Origin: Paraphysomonas bandaiensis
Taxonomy: Eukaryota; Protista; Chrysophyceae
Direction of reading: 5' to 3'
Assembly: GCA_965644295.1 (NCBI GenBank)
Contig: CBFFRP010000078.1
Location: 1-64,000, forward strand
DNA: 64,000 bases
Position numbers and translations under genes: made by a program. Shown here one piece after another: positions 62,080 to 64,000 of the stretch. The notes beneath the pieces were generated by a model. That model was not told the origin of the DNA, made no database searches, and worked only from the letters and a program-made list of their open reading frames with translations. Numbering within the stretch: position 1 is the first letter of the stretch; every line of letters begins with the position of its first letter.

Positions 62080-63992
62080 CTCAACAAAGTCGGACTCACA
62101 CCATTATTTTGTGGTGTTCTGATGATATAGCAATGTACCGGATATATTTCTGAGGAAACTAACGTGAGCTGAATATACCACACAAGCACTTGGCTATATA
62201 TAGTCAGCAGATATTGTTCTGCCCAATTATAGCCAAGTGCTTGTGTGGTACAAAGGACACTTTTTTACTAGTCTACAAGGGTCACTTCTTGTGTAGACGA
62301 CTTTGGGTTCCTGACGAATAAACAGTCAGACACCGGGAATGGGCCCACCTTTATAGGGTAACCGGGATATTGGGCTGCCTGCTAAAGTTAAGCATCCGGG
62401 AAAGGATCCACCTTAAGGATTCAACAACCCTGAAGTCAGCAGATGCATGTCAGGTATATCAACATTCTGCTAGCTCATTGCGTTTGCTCTGAGTGATTGA
62501 TACCGAGTAAGAGATCACATTATTCGGTATCTGTGTAGCCAATGACGGAGGCAATGCGTCAAACATTACTCATGGATGCATCATGGCAATGACAATGGGA
62601 TTAGACCTGTTATATCTTCCCACACGTCCACTGCCTAGTCTTGGTTTCTCATGAACCCGGTCATTGAGATTACAACAAGGCCCTGGCACTGTTCTCCAAG
62701 CAGTGTCAGGTACATTTGTGGTGCTTTTATATTATTCTTGCTTTTCCTACTCTAGCGTGTAGGATATTGGACACATAGAGTGGGGCACTGCTTCTGCGTA
62801 AACTGGCACAAGCAGATGGTGGTCCATCAAAGGATAAAGTTAGTTCCCACCTACGCCAGCGAGTACTCAATGCAGCATTGACATGGGACAAATCTTTCAG
62901 CATAGGAAGAAACCGGGCTAAAACCAAACACGGACTCGACCTGGCCAAAGCCGCATGTTCTGACTGCGGATTTTGACTAGACTCACTCAAGCACATGTGT
63001 CTAGACACTGTACAAATGACGCCATCACGCAGATAAGGGAGTCTGCATTTCACAACCACAATAACGCGCTTCACGAAGTACTGAGAAATCCGGTACTACC
63101 CCAATGGACCACCACTGCACTACAGCGGCTCTCCAGCAGGGCCTGGAATCCCGCCGTTCCACAGGTAGAGAGATTCTGGACAGGTACCATCACCACTACA
63201 CAACTCGAGACGGTTTTTGGAGATCACATCCATGAGTCATTGACACCCCAGAGACTGCGCAACATCGAATCAGCGGTCATCAGATTGCTTCTACCGCTTT
63301 TCGCTGCAGCAAAGCTAATGATCCAAGATCGAAGTAGAAGATACGTTACCCTACAGAAAGGACCCCCTAGGCTACTACCGCGACCGCGCCCAAAACATAG
63401 ACAGAAATGGAAACGCCCAAGGGTGCTACGATTACTAGGAATTCACAGATGAACCGAGACTGGAACACTGCCCACCACACATAGGAACCCCCCCAGTCAT
63501 ACACTTAGGACCACAGCACCGGACCGCATGACATCATCAGGCCCTAGACAGCGACGCCGTCTCCGGCAACTACACCTATGCGCGACGCTCAAACGGTGCA
63601 CGGCGACTACGCCACAAACCACCACACCACTCACCTCACAACACGCACATCTAGTGCTCGGTACACTTAGGACCTTAATGCATAACCCTGTGCATCAGAG
63701 CCTGGTGGAACCTTATCCCAAGGGGAGACCCCCGGACAACACGCGCCAGTGAGTCCTAAGACTCACGAGCAGGGCGAAAATCACAAACAACATCAAGAAC
63801 GGAAGTGGTCGCACCTTGGTGCTTGCGGCGACGCACAAGCAGCTTCTGTAGCGCTAAATAGTAGGATAATAGAATTTGTGCTGATTAGTTATGGGTAGAG
63901 GTCTAACTAGTATGTCTAGCATTCAACTAGCCACTATATTGGCACGAGTTTTTAACGCCTTTTTGCTAAATAAAAAGACTTTCAATATATAC
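62080..63992 (+). mobile_element. Copia-like fragment (62080-62730) abutting a 5'-truncated non-LTR copy (~62740-63992)
   Basis: CSDCG, PQVERFWTG and PYPKGRPPDN. RNA motif at 63799-63849. Confidence 0.8.
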
Positions 63993-64000
63993 TAGCGTGT

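Overview
Eukaryotic, intron-containing DNA with short GT-AG introns (about 47-91 nt). It is most likely a stramenopile with a complex plastid; this is inferred from a signal-peptide-bearing derlin and a diatom-CoDi-like Copia. Host genes are RPS3, derlin, an MFSD5/MOT2 molybdate transporter, a secreted GT2-GT4 glycosyltransferase, a CLC anion channel, a 2-Cys peroxiredoxin, NAC-alpha, a SETD9-like protein and a CABIN1/HIR3-like protein, all set in a dense TE landscape. Highlights: (1) An intact Copia with identical LTRs sits inside a (TATG)n array. It has no tRNA PBS; instead its PBS position is a perfect 16-nt complement of an LTR-internal sequence (candidate Tf1-like self-priming). It also has CG...CG termini and a DDD-type integrase. 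(2) A non-LTR retrotransposon family (RT-RNase H-CCHC) has a 3' module present about 10 times, consisting of a covarying GNRA-capped RNA structure; in the copies that keep an ORF end it is preceded by a conserved PKGRPPD C-terminal peptide. (3) The CLC has its gating Glu replaced by Lys and its central Ser by Gly. (4) Nested hAT/MITE insertions and two foldback elements are present. All coordinates and alignments were read by eye; no searches were run.
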